Shown: positions 1-10,464, counted from the first letter of the stretch. The stretch: DNA of 64,000 bases from an uncultured Ignavibacteriaceae bacterium (GCA_964615795.1 CAZTQR010000005.1:12025-76024); one strand, 5' to 3'. Numbers and translations are program-made. Notes: generated by a model from the letters alone, not told the origin.

Positions 1-3000
1 CCAAACAGCAGACTGACTACTGGCTGTCTGAACTCGAAGGCCGGCTTCCCGACCTTGACCTTCCTTTCGACAGGCCGAGACAGCCGAATCAGACATTCAG
101 CGGCGACACCGTTTACTTTGAAATTGAAGGAGAGCTTGCAGACAAACTGAAGACGGTTGCAAAAGAACACGGGGCTACAATGTTTGCGACTCTTCTTACC
201 TGTTACCTGATCTTTCTCCGCAAGCACACTGACAACGATGAAGTGCTGACAGGAATACCGGCGGCGGGAAGAGGTTTTCCCGGTTTTGAGAATGTAATGG
301 GATACTTCATCAATCCCCTTTCAATACGTGTCCGCCTTTCAGGCGAGATGAGCTTTTCCGAAGCGCTGTCATCAATAAAGAAGAAGATCCTCAATGCAAT
401 TGACAATCAGGACATTCCGTTTCAGGTGATAGTTGACAAACTTATGCACGGGAGAGACCCGTCGCGGAGCCCGGTCTTTCAGACCTTCTTCGGACTGCAG
501 AGAATGCAGGGCGATGCCCCGCTTCAGGAACTCATTGTTCCCGGCAACGGCAAGGCCGTGATAGACTGGGCCGGCATGAAGCTCAGGCCTTATCACATCA
601 GACAGCAGGAAGGACAGTTTGATATCACGGCAGAGTTTGCCGAAGGAAGCGAAGTCTTCTCGGGGGCGTTCAAATACAACACTGATCTGTTCGACAGGAA
701 GACGGTTGAAGAAATGGCCGATCATTTTCTTTGCATGCTGAATCAGATTGCAGAAGACGCGGGAAAGAGCATTTCAAAATTGAGTCTGGCCACAAAGGAT
801 GAATGTGATCTGATATTGAACAAGTGGAACAATACTGCAAAGGAATTCCGGGGCATTGACCTCATAGACAGGATGTTTGAGAAAGCTGTGCAGAAGTTTC
901 CCGGAAACATTGCAGTAGAATTTGAAGGGAATAAACTGAACTTTGAATTTCTGAACCGCAGGTCAGATGCGCTTGCTTCGAAACTTGGCTCAATGGGATT
1001 TGGCAGAGGGTCATTTGCGGCAATTTGCGTAGAGAGGTCTCCGGAAATGGTGATCTCAATGCTTGCCGTTCTCAAGGCAGGCGGCGCATACATTCCCGTT
1101 GATCCTGATTATCCTTCCGACAGAATTGACTACATGATAAGCAATTCAAACGCACAAGTGCTTATCACACAAAAGAAGTTCGGATCATTCGGGAAACAGA
1201 ATGACGCTATTCTGTTTACTGATGAATTTGATACTCTTCCTTATGAAAACTTTTCCGGACCTGACGGCAGGACTGCAGAAGATCCCGCATACGTTATCTA
1301 TACCTCAGGTTCCACAGGACAGCCCAAGGGTGTTGCGGTGCCGCACAGAGCTCTCGCAAATCACATGCTGTGGATGAAAGAGGCGGCAGAGTTCACATCC
1401 GCAGACAGCGTTCTGCAAAAGACACCATACAGTTTCGATGCATCCGTCTGGGAATTCTATCTCCCCCTGCTCAACGGCGGAAGGCTTGTACTTGCAAAGC
1501 CCGAGGGCCACATGGATACTGACTATCTCGTGAAGCTAACGGCTGAAGCGGGAATAACGCATATTCAGTTCGTACCTTCATTGCTGAAGTTATTCATTGA
1601 CGAACCTGCAGTAACCTCATGCAATTCGCTGAAGTTTGTGTTCAGCGGCGGTGAAGCGCTCACGAAGGACCTTGCCGACTCTGTGTTTGCTAAATTGCCT
1701 TCACGGCTTGTAAATCTTTACGGCCCCACTGAAGCGGCAATTGACTCAACGTTCTATGAATGCATGCGCGGCAACGTACCAAAGACGATCCCTATCGGAA
1801 CTCCGATCAGCAATATGAAAGCTGTCGTGGTTGACAAAACGCTGCAGATCCAGCCGCCCGGACTCGCGGGAGAATTACTGCTTGGAGGTGAAGGCATAGC
1901 GCTTGGCTATCTCAACAATCCCGGGCTCACCGATGAGAAGTTTACAGAGGACAATATTCTGCACACCAGCGGAAAACTCTACAGGACCGGCGACAAAGCA
2001 AAATTCAACAGAGAGGGTCTGCTCGAATATCTCGGAAGAATTGATCATCAGGTCAAGTTCAGAGGATTCAGGATAGAGCTGGGCGAGATTGAAGCCCGTC
2101 TCAGGAAGATGCACGGCGTGAAGGATGCGTACGTTGATATTCGGAAAGATAGTGCAGGCCGCGACATACTTGCGGCATACATAATTCCTTCGGAAGCGAA
2201 AGAAGACACCGCACGGGATTTGAAGAGCGGATTGAGAAAGTTCCTTCCTGAGTATATGGTGCCGGGACACTTCATTTTGCTTGAAGCATTCCCGGTTCTG
2301 CCCAACGGTAAGATTGACCGGAAGAACTTACCTGACCCCGAAACGGGCATTTCCAGGCAGTCGGAGTTCAGGGAAGCAAAGGGTGCAGTTGAAGAGAAAC
2401 TTCTTAAGATCTGGGAAGAAGTTCTCGGTGTGAAGGGAATAGGTGCGGACGATAATTTCTTCGAACTGGGAGGGGATTCGATACTGAGCATACAGATCAT
2501 TTCAAGGGCCGCGAAAGAGGGCATACGGATAACGCCTAAGCAGGTGTTCTCTCACCAAACGATCGCAGAACTCGCAAGCGAAGCGCAGGGAACTTCAGCA
2601 TCGGGCTCAGGCATGGAGCCTTACGGAGATCTTGTGCTTTCGCCCGTCCAGGAGAGGTTTCTCACAAAGAAAATGAAGAACCGTTCACATTACAACCACT
2701 CGCTTCTGATATCAGCACCCAAAGGCCTTGATATTGAGTCACTGTCGAAAGCATTGGAATTTGTTTTGGAGAGGCACGACCTTTTGAGAATGAAACTCAG
2801 TGAGAACGGTAAGGCATTTATTCCGCGCGAAACACCCGGAATATCTTTTGCGGAGTTTGACTTCAGCGGACTTGACTCTGTCACTGCTGAAGAATCTCTT
2901 ACCGGAGAAAGGGACAGACTGAACACGCTTATTGACCTGTCCTCAGGAAGACTCCTCAATGCCGCCTGCTTCAGAATGCCCGGAGGCAGTGACAGAATTC

Positions 3001-3998
3001 TTTTCAATGTTCATCACGTATGCATAGACGGAGTTTCATGGAGGATCTTTCTTGAGGACTTTATTGACGCATACAAAACCGCAGTTACAGGAAAGGAGAT
3101 CCGGCCCGCACAAAAGGGCACATCATTCCGCGAATGGACTTCAATGCTCAGCGCTTATGCAAGAGAAGGGAAAGCAGATATTCACATACCTTTGTGGAAT
3201 GCGGTTACGGATGACAGCAGTACTGGCGCGCTCACAGGAAACGATCTTTCCTCAAACACTTATTCAAACTCTGCAAGGATAACGGCTGAACTTGATGAAG
3301 AAAGTACAAGGCGACTTCTGAATGACGCAAACAGGGCATATAACACCGGCATCAACGACCTGCTGATATCTGCGCTTGTCCTGGCATTCGGAAAATCAAC
3401 CGGAGAGCATTCGCTGGCGATTGATCTTGAAGGACACGGAAGAGATGACATGGCTGAGGATGCCGATATCTCAAATACGATAGGATGGTTTACTTCTATC
3501 TATCCCGTAAAATTAAACGTGACTTCGGGGGTGGAGGAAACAATAAAGTCAGTAAAAGAAACACTGAGCAGGCACTCCCCTGCCGGCATAACTTACGGAA
3601 TGCTGAGGCACATGAACAGCGGCGTTTCAAAAGTGAGGGAAACAGATCCGAAGATCGTATTCAATTACCTCGGTCAGTTCAAGGACGAAATAGCCGAGGG
3701 GTGGAAATTCTCACATGACTCACTTAAACTGCATACCGGCGAAGATGAATTGCGGCAACATGCCATCGAAATGAATTCAATGGTTGCATCTTCGAAGTTC
3801 ATACTGGACATTGACTATCCGTCGCTCAGCATTGCAGAAGCCGCGGCCGCAGAGTTTTCCCGGAATTACATTGAATCGCTTAAGGAGATCATTGAACACT
3901 GCACAAACGCAGGAGGCACTACATACACCGCATCCGATTTTACCGCTTCCGGACTTGATCAGCAGGAACTTGACAATCTGTTATCAGAGCTGAACTGA
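1..3998 (+). CDS. Non-ribosomal peptide synthetase, 5'-truncated by the window edge: C(partial)-A-T-E
   Basis: The frame of the 180..3998 ORF stays open back to nt 3 (KQQTDYWLSELEGRLPDLDLPFDRPRQP.., a C-domain C-terminal half). A-domain cores: YTSGSTGQPKG, FDASVWEF, NLYGPTEA, YRTGDKA, GRIDHQVKFRGFRIELGEIE, NGKIDRK. PCP: GGDSILSIQ. The C-terminal domain has HHVCIDGVSWRIF (epimerisation-type HHxxxDG). The acidic tail DQQELDNLLSELN resembles a COM donor helix. Confidence 0.93.
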   Translation, partial: KQQTDYWLSELEGRLPDLDLPFDRPRQPNQTFSGDTVYFEIEGELADKLKTVAKEHGATMFATLLTCYLIFLRKHTDNDEVLTGIPAAGRGFPGFENVMGYFINPLSIRVRLSGEMSFSEALSSIKKKILNAIDNQDIPFQVIVDKLMHGRDPSRSPVFQTFFGLQRMQGDAPLQELIVPGNGKAVIDWAGMKLRPYHIRQQEGQFDITAEFAEGSEVFSGAFKYNTDLFDRKTVEEMADHFLCMLNQIAEDAGKSISKLSLATKDECDLILNKWNNTAKEFRGIDLIDRMFEKAVQKFPGNIAVEFEGNKLNFEFLNRRSDALASKLGSMGFGRGSFAAICVERSPEMVISMLAVLKAGGAYIPVDPDYPSDRIDYMISNSNAQVLITQKKFGSFGKQNDAILFTDEFDTLPYENFSGPDGRTAEDPAYVIYTSGSTGQPKGVAVPHRALANHMLWMKEAAEFTSADSVLQKTPYSFDASVWEFYLPLLNGGRLVLAKPEGHMDTDYLVKLTAEAGITHIQFVPSLLKLFIDEPAVTSCNSLKFVFSGGEALTKDLADSVFAKLPSRLVNLYGPTEAAIDSTFYECMRGNVPKTIPIGTPISNMKAVVVDKTLQIQPPGLAGELLLGGEGIALGYLNNPGLTDEKFTEDNILHTSGKLYRTGDKAKFNREGLLEYLGRIDHQVKFRGFRIELGEIEARLRKMHGVKDAYVDIRKDSAGRDILAAYIIPSEAKEDTARDLKSGLRKFLPEYMVPGHFILLEAFPVLPNGKIDRKNLPDPETGISRQSEFREAKGAVEEKLLKIWEEVLGVKGIGADDNFFELGGDSILSIQIISRAAKEGIRITPKQVFSHQTIAELASEAQGTSASGSGMEPYGDLVLSPVQERFLTKKMKNRSHYNHSLLISAPKGLDIESLSKALEFVLERHDLLRMKLSENGKAFIPRETPGISFAEFDFSGLDSVTAEESLTGERDRLNTLIDLSSGRLLNAACFRMPGGSDRILFNVHHVCIDGVSWRIFLEDFIDAYKTAVTGKEIRPAQKGTSFREWTSMLSAYAREGKADIHIPLWNAVTDDSSTGALTGNDLSSNTYSNSARITAELDEESTRRLLNDANRAYNTGINDLLISALVLAFGKSTGEHSLAIDLEGHGRDDMAEDADISNTIGWFTSIYPVKLNVTSGVEETIKSVKETLSRHSPAGITYGMLRHMNSGVSKVRETDPKIVFNYLGQFKDEIAEGWKFSHDSLKLHTGEDELRQHAIEMNSMVASSKFILDIDYPSLSIAEAAAAEFSRNYIESLKEIIEHCTNAGGTTYTASDFTASGLDQQELDNLLSELN

Positions 3999-4005
3999 AC
4001 AACAA

Positions 4006-7000
4006 ATGAGCACCGATACAAAAAAGAACATAGAGGACATTCTTGAGCTTACTCCGATGCAGCAGGGTATGCTTTTCCACACGCTGTACAACGAGGGCTC
4101 AGACGCTTACATAGAACAATTCTGCCTTGACCTTGAGGGCAGGATAGATTCCGCAAAGTTCAGGCAGGCATGGTCTGAAGTTGTTTCGCGGCATCAGGCG
4201 CTGAGATCTTCATTCCGATGGAAAGGAATTCAGAAACCTGTTCAGATAGTAGAGAAGGAATCACAACTGAACTGGAGAGATGAGGACTGGTCCGGAATGA
4301 AGATGGACGACGCTGAAGACAAGTTCACAGCGCTTAGGCTGGAAGACAGGAAGAACACCTTCGATATGGAGAAGTCCCCTGTCATGAGGTTTGTCCTGAT
4401 CAGGCTTTCTGAAGAAAGGCACAGACTGCTGTGGACATTCCACCACATACTCATGGACGGCTGGAGCTATCCGGTGATAATCGGAGAAGTGATCAGAGTT
4501 TACAGGGCTTTGCTTGAGGGCAGTGAACCTCAGCTTCCCAAACCCGTTCCCTACAAGAGCTACATAGCATGGCTCTCAAAGCAGGACAAACAGGCGGCTG
4601 AGAACTTCTGGAAGAAAGAGCTGTCCGGCTTTTCATCACCTTCGCGCTTCAAAGGCATCACGGGCGGCAAGGATCAGCTCGAGTCCATCGGCACGCATGA
4701 AGGGATTGAATATCTTTCCGAAGAACAATCATCTTTGCTTGCCGAGTTTGCAAGAAAGAATCAGATCACGCTCAGCACTCTCATTCAGGCGGCATGGGCA
4801 TACGTTATCTCCGCCTATTCAGGCGAAAGCGATGTGATCTTCGGCGGCACGATCTCGGGAAGGCCTCCCGCATTGCCTGAGGTTGAAAGAATGGTGGGGT
4901 TATTCATTAATACTCTTCCGGTAAGGATCAGGATAAATAATGAAGAAGCCGTAACAGCATGGCTGAAGTCAATACAGGACAAGTTTGCCGAGCGCGAACA
5001 ATTCTCCTACAGCTCGCTCGCGGATATTCAGTCATGGAGCCCGCTTCCAGGAAACACCCGGCTCTTTGACAACATACTGGTATTTGAGAACTACCCGAGC
5101 GATCCGGCTTTGGAAGATGCTTCCTCTCCGGTAAAGATTGCGCACATTTCGGCATTCGAGAAAACGAACTTTCCGATTGCCCTTCTTATTGCGCCCGGAA
5201 AACGGCTGAAGCTGACGATCGCTTATGATGAAAATGTCTTCTCGCATGATTTTGTGGAAGGAGTGCTGAACTCTCTTGTCGGCACGCTTAGCTCGATCAT
5301 CGCCGAAAGCACAAAGAAGGTCGGCGATATTACAATGCTCACTCCGCAGATGACAGAGAGGATCATCAATGAATGGAATTCCACCACCGCAGACATACCG
5401 GACGAATACTCCGTCAAAGCTCTTTACGAATCACTCACTTCCGGATTCGGCGACGCGACAGCGCTTGAGTTCGGCTCTCAGTCAGTTACTTATAAAGAAC
5501 TGAATGAAAGATCGAACAGTCTGGCAAATTATCTTGTGTCTCTCGGCGTAACTGAGGATTCATTCGTAGGGATAAGCATTGAGCGCTCACCTGAGATGAT
5601 AATAGCGCTGATCGCGATATTCAAGGCAGGCGCGGCCTATCTTCCGCTCGACAAATCTTATCCGGCGGACCGCATTGAATACATGATGGAAGACTCCGGA
5701 GTGAAGTTCGTGCTGACGAAGCGCTCAGACTCCGGCAAACTACCCGGCCGTGAGAGCGTGAAGTTCATTTATGTGGATGAGATCACCGGGGAACTTGAGT
5801 CTCATGGCACCGGGTCTCCGGCAATAAGCCCGTCTCCTGCAAGCGCGGCATACATGATCTACACTTCCGGATCGACGGGAAGGCCTAAAGGCGTGATCAT
5901 GCACAATCTTGCGCTCGTCAATCTGCTCAACTGGCAAATGAACGGACAAAAGTTTGAGCGGGGGCTCACTACCCTTCAGTTCACCACGCTCAGCTTTGAT
6001 GTTGCGTTCCAGGAAATATTTTCCACCCTTCTGACGGGCGGGAAGCTCGTGATACTCAGGGAGGAAGAAAGAAAAGACCTCTCAATCGTGCTCGAGACAC
6101 TCAGGACAAGGAAAGTTCAAAGGTTGTTCCTCCCCTTCATTGCACTTCAGGAGATCGCCGAACTTCACTCTTCAGCAAAGGACAAGATGCTCTACCTGCG
6201 CGAAGTGATGACGGCGGGTGAACAGCTTCAAAATACAAATGCAATTAAAGCTCTCTTTAAGGGACTTCCCGATTGCACATTCACAAATCAGTACGGCCCG
6301 ACCGAGGCGCACGTTGTAACCGCTTACACGCTTGAAGGTGATCCCGATCATTGGGTTTACAATGCGCCGATAGGCAGGCCCGTTTACAATACAAAGATCC
6401 ATATTCTCAATTCTGCAATGAAGCCTGTACCGCCCGGAGTGAACGGCGTTCTTTACATTGGCGGAATACAGGTAGCCCGCGGATACAACAGGAAGCCGGA
6501 GCTCACGGGTGAGAAGTTCATTCGCGATCCGTTCAGCAGTTCAGGATCTGACAGGATTTACAATACGGGCGACATTGCCAGATATCTTCCCGACGGTAAC
6601 ATTGAGTTTCTTGGCCGCGCCGACAATCAGATCAAATACCGCGGTTACAGAATTGAGCTCGGTGAAATTGAATCAGTGCTCAACGGCATAAGTAAAGTGA
6701 GCACATCAGCCGTTGTGATAAGAGACACTCCTTCCGGAGAAAAGCGTCTTGCAGCTTATGCCGTGCTGAAGCCAGGAGAAGAGTGCACAGCATCTGAACT
6801 CAAATCGCTTCTGTCTGAATCATTGCCTGACTTCATGCTTCCGGCTGATTATGTGTTTCTGAATGAGATGCCGCTTCTTCCGAGCGGAAAGGTTGACCTG
6901 CGATCACTTCCTGAACCCGAAAGGCAGACTGCCGGCGGAACTGACGGATACAAAGAGCCGAAGACTGAACTTCAACTGCAGTTGGTAAGGATCTGGGAAA

Positions 7001-8064
7001 AAGTTCTCGGCGTAAAGAATATCGGGATAAGCGACAACTTCTTTGACCTCGGCGGACACTCGCTTCTTGCTCTCAGATTGTTTGGTTACATCGAGAAGCT
7101 TACCGGCAAGAAGCTTGCGATCTCAACATTGTTTGCACACCCCACAATTGAACAGCTTTCGCAAATACTTATGACAGAAGGGTGGCGGCCGACATGGAAA
7201 TCACTTGTCGCAGTGAAGCCCGGAGGCTCCCGCCTTCCGTTCTTCTGCGTACCGCCGGGAGCAGGCACCGCACTGCATTTTCAGGCGCTTGTTAAGTATG
7301 TTAATGAAGACCAGCCGTTCTATGTGCTTGAATCGGTAGGGCTCGACGGCAAAGAGCCGCCTCATGACAATGTTGAAGAAATGGCGGAGCATTATGTGAA
7401 AGAGATAAGGACACTTCAGCCCGACGGGCCTTATCTCATAGGCGGAAGATGTTTCGGCGGCAGAGTGGTGTTTGAAATGGCACAGCAATTCATGAGGCAG
7501 GGGCAGGAAGTGGCATTGCTTGCGATCTTCGACACATGGCCTCCTTTCCGCGAAATGCCAAAGGCCTATGTGCCTCCAAAGAGAGACTTTAACCATTTTG
7601 TGAAGAGTTCACTTGCGCATATGAAATCGGGAGATTTCTGGCATGTAGTAAATAACTATGCGGGCAATAAGATTGGCAAAGCGACATGGAAGATCAAGAA
7701 CAAGCTGAAGTACACTTTCAGCAGTGAGAAAAAGAAGCTCTACAACAGGATCATGCTTTTGCATTTTGCGGCACAGGACAGGTACGTTGCCAAAAAGTAT
7801 CCGGGCAGGATCACCTTGATAGAATGCGCAACATTCAAACCGGAATTCAGAAAGGGTTGGGAGGAGCTGGCCGGCGGCGGGTTTGAGACATACGTCGTTC
7901 CTGATACTGATCATAAGACTATTGTTAGGGAGCCGAAGATCCGCGACTTTGCCGAGAAGCTGAATTTTGTGCTGGAGAAGACTCATAAAGAGATCGAATC
8001 ACGCGGCAGATCCAACGGAGCGTCAAACACTGTTGCCTCCCGCAAGAGTGTTGAAAACGCCTGA
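4006..8064 (+). CDS. Non-ribosomal peptide synthetase, terminal module C-A-T-TE (TE with Cys nucleophile)
   Basis: The N-terminus LTPMQQGMLFH and HHILMDGWS mark a C domain. A-domain cores: YTSGSTGRPKG, FDVAFQE, NQYGPTEA, YNTGDIARY, GRADNQIKYRGYRIELGEIE, SGKVD. PCP: GGHSLLAL. The C-terminal alpha/beta-hydrolase TE has the elbow G-G-R-C-F-G-G (TGT at 7450-7452), Asp in AIFDTWPP and His in PDTDHKT. The gene starts 7 nt after the upstream NRPS stop. Confidence 0.93.
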   Translation: MSTDTKKNIEDILELTPMQQGMLFHTLYNEGSDAYIEQFCLDLEGRIDSAKFRQAWSEVVSRHQALRSSFRWKGIQKPVQIVEKESQLNWRDEDWSGMKMDDAEDKFTALRLEDRKNTFDMEKSPVMRFVLIRLSEERHRLLWTFHHILMDGWSYPVIIGEVIRVYRALLEGSEPQLPKPVPYKSYIAWLSKQDKQAAENFWKKELSGFSSPSRFKGITGGKDQLESIGTHEGIEYLSEEQSSLLAEFARKNQITLSTLIQAAWAYVISAYSGESDVIFGGTISGRPPALPEVERMVGLFINTLPVRIRINNEEAVTAWLKSIQDKFAEREQFSYSSLADIQSWSPLPGNTRLFDNILVFENYPSDPALEDASSPVKIAHISAFEKTNFPIALLIAPGKRLKLTIAYDENVFSHDFVEGVLNSLVGTLSSIIAESTKKVGDITMLTPQMTERIINEWNSTTADIPDEYSVKALYESLTSGFGDATALEFGSQSVTYKELNERSNSLANYLVSLGVTEDSFVGISIERSPEMIIALIAIFKAGAAYLPLDKSYPADRIEYMMEDSGVKFVLTKRSDSGKLPGRESVKFIYVDEITGELESHGTGSPAISPSPASAAYMIYTSGSTGRPKGVIMHNLALVNLLNWQMNGQKFERGLTTLQFTTLSFDVAFQEIFSTLLTGGKLVILREEERKDLSIVLETLRTRKVQRLFLPFIALQEIAELHSSAKDKMLYLREVMTAGEQLQNTNAIKALFKGLPDCTFTNQYGPTEAHVVTAYTLEGDPDHWVYNAPIGRPVYNTKIHILNSAMKPVPPGVNGVLYIGGIQVARGYNRKPELTGEKFIRDPFSSSGSDRIYNTGDIARYLPDGNIEFLGRADNQIKYRGYRIELGEIESVLNGISKVSTSAVVIRDTPSGEKRLAAYAVLKPGEECTASELKSLLSESLPDFMLPADYVFLNEMPLLPSGKVDLRSLPEPERQTAGGTDGYKEPKTELQLQLVRIWEKVLGVKNIGISDNFFDLGGHSLLALRLFGYIEKLTGKKLAISTLFAHPTIEQLSQILMTEGWRPTWKSLVAVKPGGSRLPFFCVPPGAGTALHFQALVKYVNEDQPFYVLESVGLDGKEPPHDNVEEMAEHYVKEIRTLQPDGPYLIGGRCFGGRVVFEMAQQFMRQGQEVALLAIFDTWPPFREMPKAYVPPKRDFNHFVKSSLAHMKSGDFWHVVNNYAGNKIGKATWKIKNKLKYTFSSEKKKLYNRIMLLHFAAQDRYVAKKYPGRITLIECATFKPEFRKGWEELAGGGFETYVVPDTDHKTIVREPKIRDFAEKLNFVLEKTHKEIESRGRSNGASNTVASRKSVENA

Positions 8065-8067
8065 ACG

Positions 8068-8760
8068 ATGCCGCTCCTGAGCAATGAGATACAAATTCTG
8101 TGCTCGGATATTTCCCGCCCTTTGGAAAGTCCTGAAGACTCTGCAGGCCTGCTTGATGAGTCTGAGAAAGAAAGATACCGCAGGTTCAGGTTTGATGCTG
8201 ACAGGCTGAGGTTCCTTCACGGAAGATCGATCCTGAAGAAACACGCATCAAGACTTCTTGAAGCAGATCCAAATGAGATGATGATCTCATTCAATCCTCA
8301 CGGAAAACCGCTGTTCAGCAATCAGCCCCTCAAGTTCAGCATTACGCACTCCGGCAATGTTACTGCCGTGGCATTCTCGCATACGATAGAAATCGGCCTT
8401 GATTCCGAATGCATCAGGGAAATTGATGACATCAGCGGACTGTCGCTTAGATTTTTTTCGGATGCGGAGAACCAATATCTGTCAGGATTAAGTGACAAAG
8501 AAGTGCTGAAAGAAAACTTCTTTCGTGTATGGAGCGCAAAAGAAGCTTATGTGAAGGCGGCAGGAACGGGGCTGTCAACGGTGCTCAGCGATTTCTCGGT
8601 TGTGGACAGCAACGGACATTTCAGGCTCATGATGAATAATAACATTCAGCCATCTGCAGTCTTGCATGAGCTTTCGCTTGGAGAAGGCCATCGCTCATTC
8701 CTTTGCGCTTTGGATCCTCCCGAAGAACTGCAAATCAGCATTGAACAGATCACCTTGTGA
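8068..8760 (+). CDS. 4'-phosphopantetheinyl transferase, Sfp type
   Basis: 230 aa. Motifs FSITHSGNVTAVAF and WSAKEAYVKAAGTGL (W-x-x-KEA-x-x-K). The ATG follows 3 nt after the NRPS stop on the same strand. Confidence 0.85.
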   Translation: MPLLSNEIQILCSDISRPLESPEDSAGLLDESEKERYRRFRFDADRLRFLHGRSILKKHASRLLEADPNEMMISFNPHGKPLFSNQPLKFSITHSGNVTAVAFSHTIEIGLDSECIREIDDISGLSLRFFSDAENQYLSGLSDKEVLKENFFRVWSAKEAYVKAAGTGLSTVLSDFSVVDSNGHFRLMMNNNIQPSAVLHELSLGEGHRSFLCALDPPEELQISIEQITL

Positions 8761-8766
8761 ATGAAA

Positions 8767-8798
8767 GAGAGCGAAGCATAATGTCATGCCCCGCTCTC
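8767..8798. terminator. Candidate bidirectional hairpin between the convergent PPTase and carboxyltransferase genes
   Basis: GAGAGCG (8767-8773) pairs with CGCTCTC (8792-8798). An inner GCAT/ATGC stem lies at 8776-8779 and 8786-8789. On the minus strand it is followed by TTT. There is no long U-tract. Confidence 0.3.
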
Positions 8799-8829
8799 AG
8801 ATTGAATTTCTTCCGCCTGATGCCGCTTG

Positions 8830-10371
8830 TTACAGCGGAATGTTGCCGTGTTTCTTTCTTGGATTTGTATCAACTTTGTTCTCAAGCAGTTCAAAGTAGT
8901 AAATAAGCTTCTTTCTCGTTTGGCTCGGCTCTATCACATCGTCAATAAATCCCCTCTCGGCCGCGAGATAAGGATTGGCGAACTTCTGAGTGAACTCCGC
9001 AACCTTATCGGCAAGAGCCTTCACCTTGTCTTCCGAAGCATCTATTTCCTTCTTGAAAATAATTTCCGCCGCACCTTGCGCACCCATGACTGCGATCTCC
9101 GCAGTCGGCCATGCAAGATTGATATCCCCTCTTACGTGTTTAGAGTTCATAACGTCGTATGCACCTCCGTAAGCCTTTCGCAGGATCACGGTCACTTTCG
9201 GAACGGTCGCTTCGCAAAATGCATACAGAAGTTTTGCACCGTGCCTGATAACTCCGCGCCACTCCTGATCAGTGCCCGGCAGAAACCCGGGTACATCTTC
9301 AAGCACAAGAAGAGGAATGTTGAATGCGTCGCAGAATCTCACAAACCTCGCGCCCTTGATGGATGAATTGAGGTCAAGCACGCCTGCAAGCACAAGCGGC
9401 TGATTGGCAACTATGCCGATGCTCCTGCCGTTGAGCCTTCCGAATCCGACCACAAGGTTCTCTGCATATTCCTTATGAACTTCAAAAAATGAATCTTCGT
9501 CTATCAATGCATTGATGACTTCTTTTATGTCATAAGGTTTGTTGGGATTTTCCGGAATGAATGTATCAAGGAATGCAAGGTCCTTCTCTCCGCTGTTGTA
9601 TTCATACACAGGCGCAGTATCCATGTTGTTGAGAGGTATGTAAGATACCAGCTGTCTTATCATCTCATAAGCTTCCGCTTCATTATCAGCGGTGAAATGA
9701 CTGACTCCGCTCTTCACAGCGTGCGTCCTTGCACCGCCCAGGTCATCAAATGACACTTCTTCATGCGTAACTGCCTTTACAACATTCGGGCCTGTCACAA
9801 ACATGTATGATATCTTGTCAACCATCAGAACAAAGTCGGTGATTGCAGGTGAATAAACCGCGCCGCCCGCGCAAGGCCCGACTATCATGGATATCTGAGG
9901 CACAACACCGCTTGCCAGAGTATTCCTGAGGAAGATGTCGGCATATCCTCCGAGGGAAACAACCCCTTCCTGTATTCTCGCACCGCCGCTGTCGTTAATA
10001 CCTATCACGGGAACACCGATCTTCATTGCAAGGTCCATGAGCTTGACGATCTTCTTTGCATGGTACTCGGCAAGCGAACCGCCGTAGATCGTAAAGTCCT
10101 GTGAAAATACGCAAACATCCCTGCCGCCGATCTTGCCTGTCCCTGTTATGACGCCGTCAGTGTAAAATCTCTGCTTGTCCAGGTCAAAGTCATGCGACTG
10201 ATGCCTTACGAATATGTCTGTTTCGTGGAAGCTGCCTTCGTCAAGCAGCAGGTTGATTCTCTCACGTGCTGTAAGTTTGCCTTTTTTGTGCTGCGACTCA
10301 ACTTTCTTTACGCCGCCGCCAAGCATCGCCTCTTCACGTTTGGATCTCAGTTCTTCAATTTTCGAGTTCAT
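8830..10371 (-). CDS. Acyl-CoA carboxylase carboxyltransferase subunit (propionyl-CoA carboxylase beta / methylmalonyl-CoA carboxyltransferase 12S-like)
   Basis: 513 aa. [20 protein letters not shown].., [30 protein letters not shown], and a duplicated crotonase-like carboxyltransferase fold are typical of PccB/MmdA. Confidence 0.88.
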   Translation of the reverse strand: MNSKIEELRSKREEAMLGGGVKKVESQHKKGKLTARERINLLLDEGSFHETDIFVRHQSHDFDLDKQRFYTDGVITGTGKIGGRDVCVFSQDFTIYGGSLAEYHAKKIVKLMDLAMKIGVPVIGINDSGGARIQEGVVSLGGYADIFLRNTLASGVVPQISMIVGPCAGGAVYSPAITDFVLMVDKISYMFVTGPNVVKAVTHEEVSFDDLGGARTHAVKSGVSHFTADNEAEAYEMIRQLVSYIPLNNMDTAPVYEYNSGEKDLAFLDTFIPENPNKPYDIKEVINALIDEDSFFEVHKEYAENLVVGFGRLNGRSIGIVANQPLVLAGVLDLNSSIKGARFVRFCDAFNIPLLVLEDVPGFLPGTDQEWRGVIRHGAKLLYAFCEATVPKVTVILRKAYGGAYDVMNSKHVRGDINLAWPTAEIAVMGAQGAAEIIFKKEIDASEDKVKALADKVAEFTQKFANPYLAAERGFIDDVIEPSQTRKKLIYYFELLENKVDTNPRKKHGNIPL

Positions 10372-10464
10372 TTTTTCTTCAGATGTTTAGCTTAGTTCGA
10401 TTATACAAATATGTTGCTGTGAAACTCATTTGATATGAAACACTTTCATTAACGCATAGAAAGA

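Noticed and set aside
8827-9366. A long antisense ORF (179 aa) opposite the carboxyltransferase gene. Similar antisense ORFs occur at 16696..17100, 25583..26008, 45757..46155, 35692..36021 and 60643..61104.
   Set aside because: Each lies wholly inside a strongly supported gene on the other strand. Each has low-complexity or Ser/Leu/Cys-rich translations with no motif. These are typical shadow ORFs.
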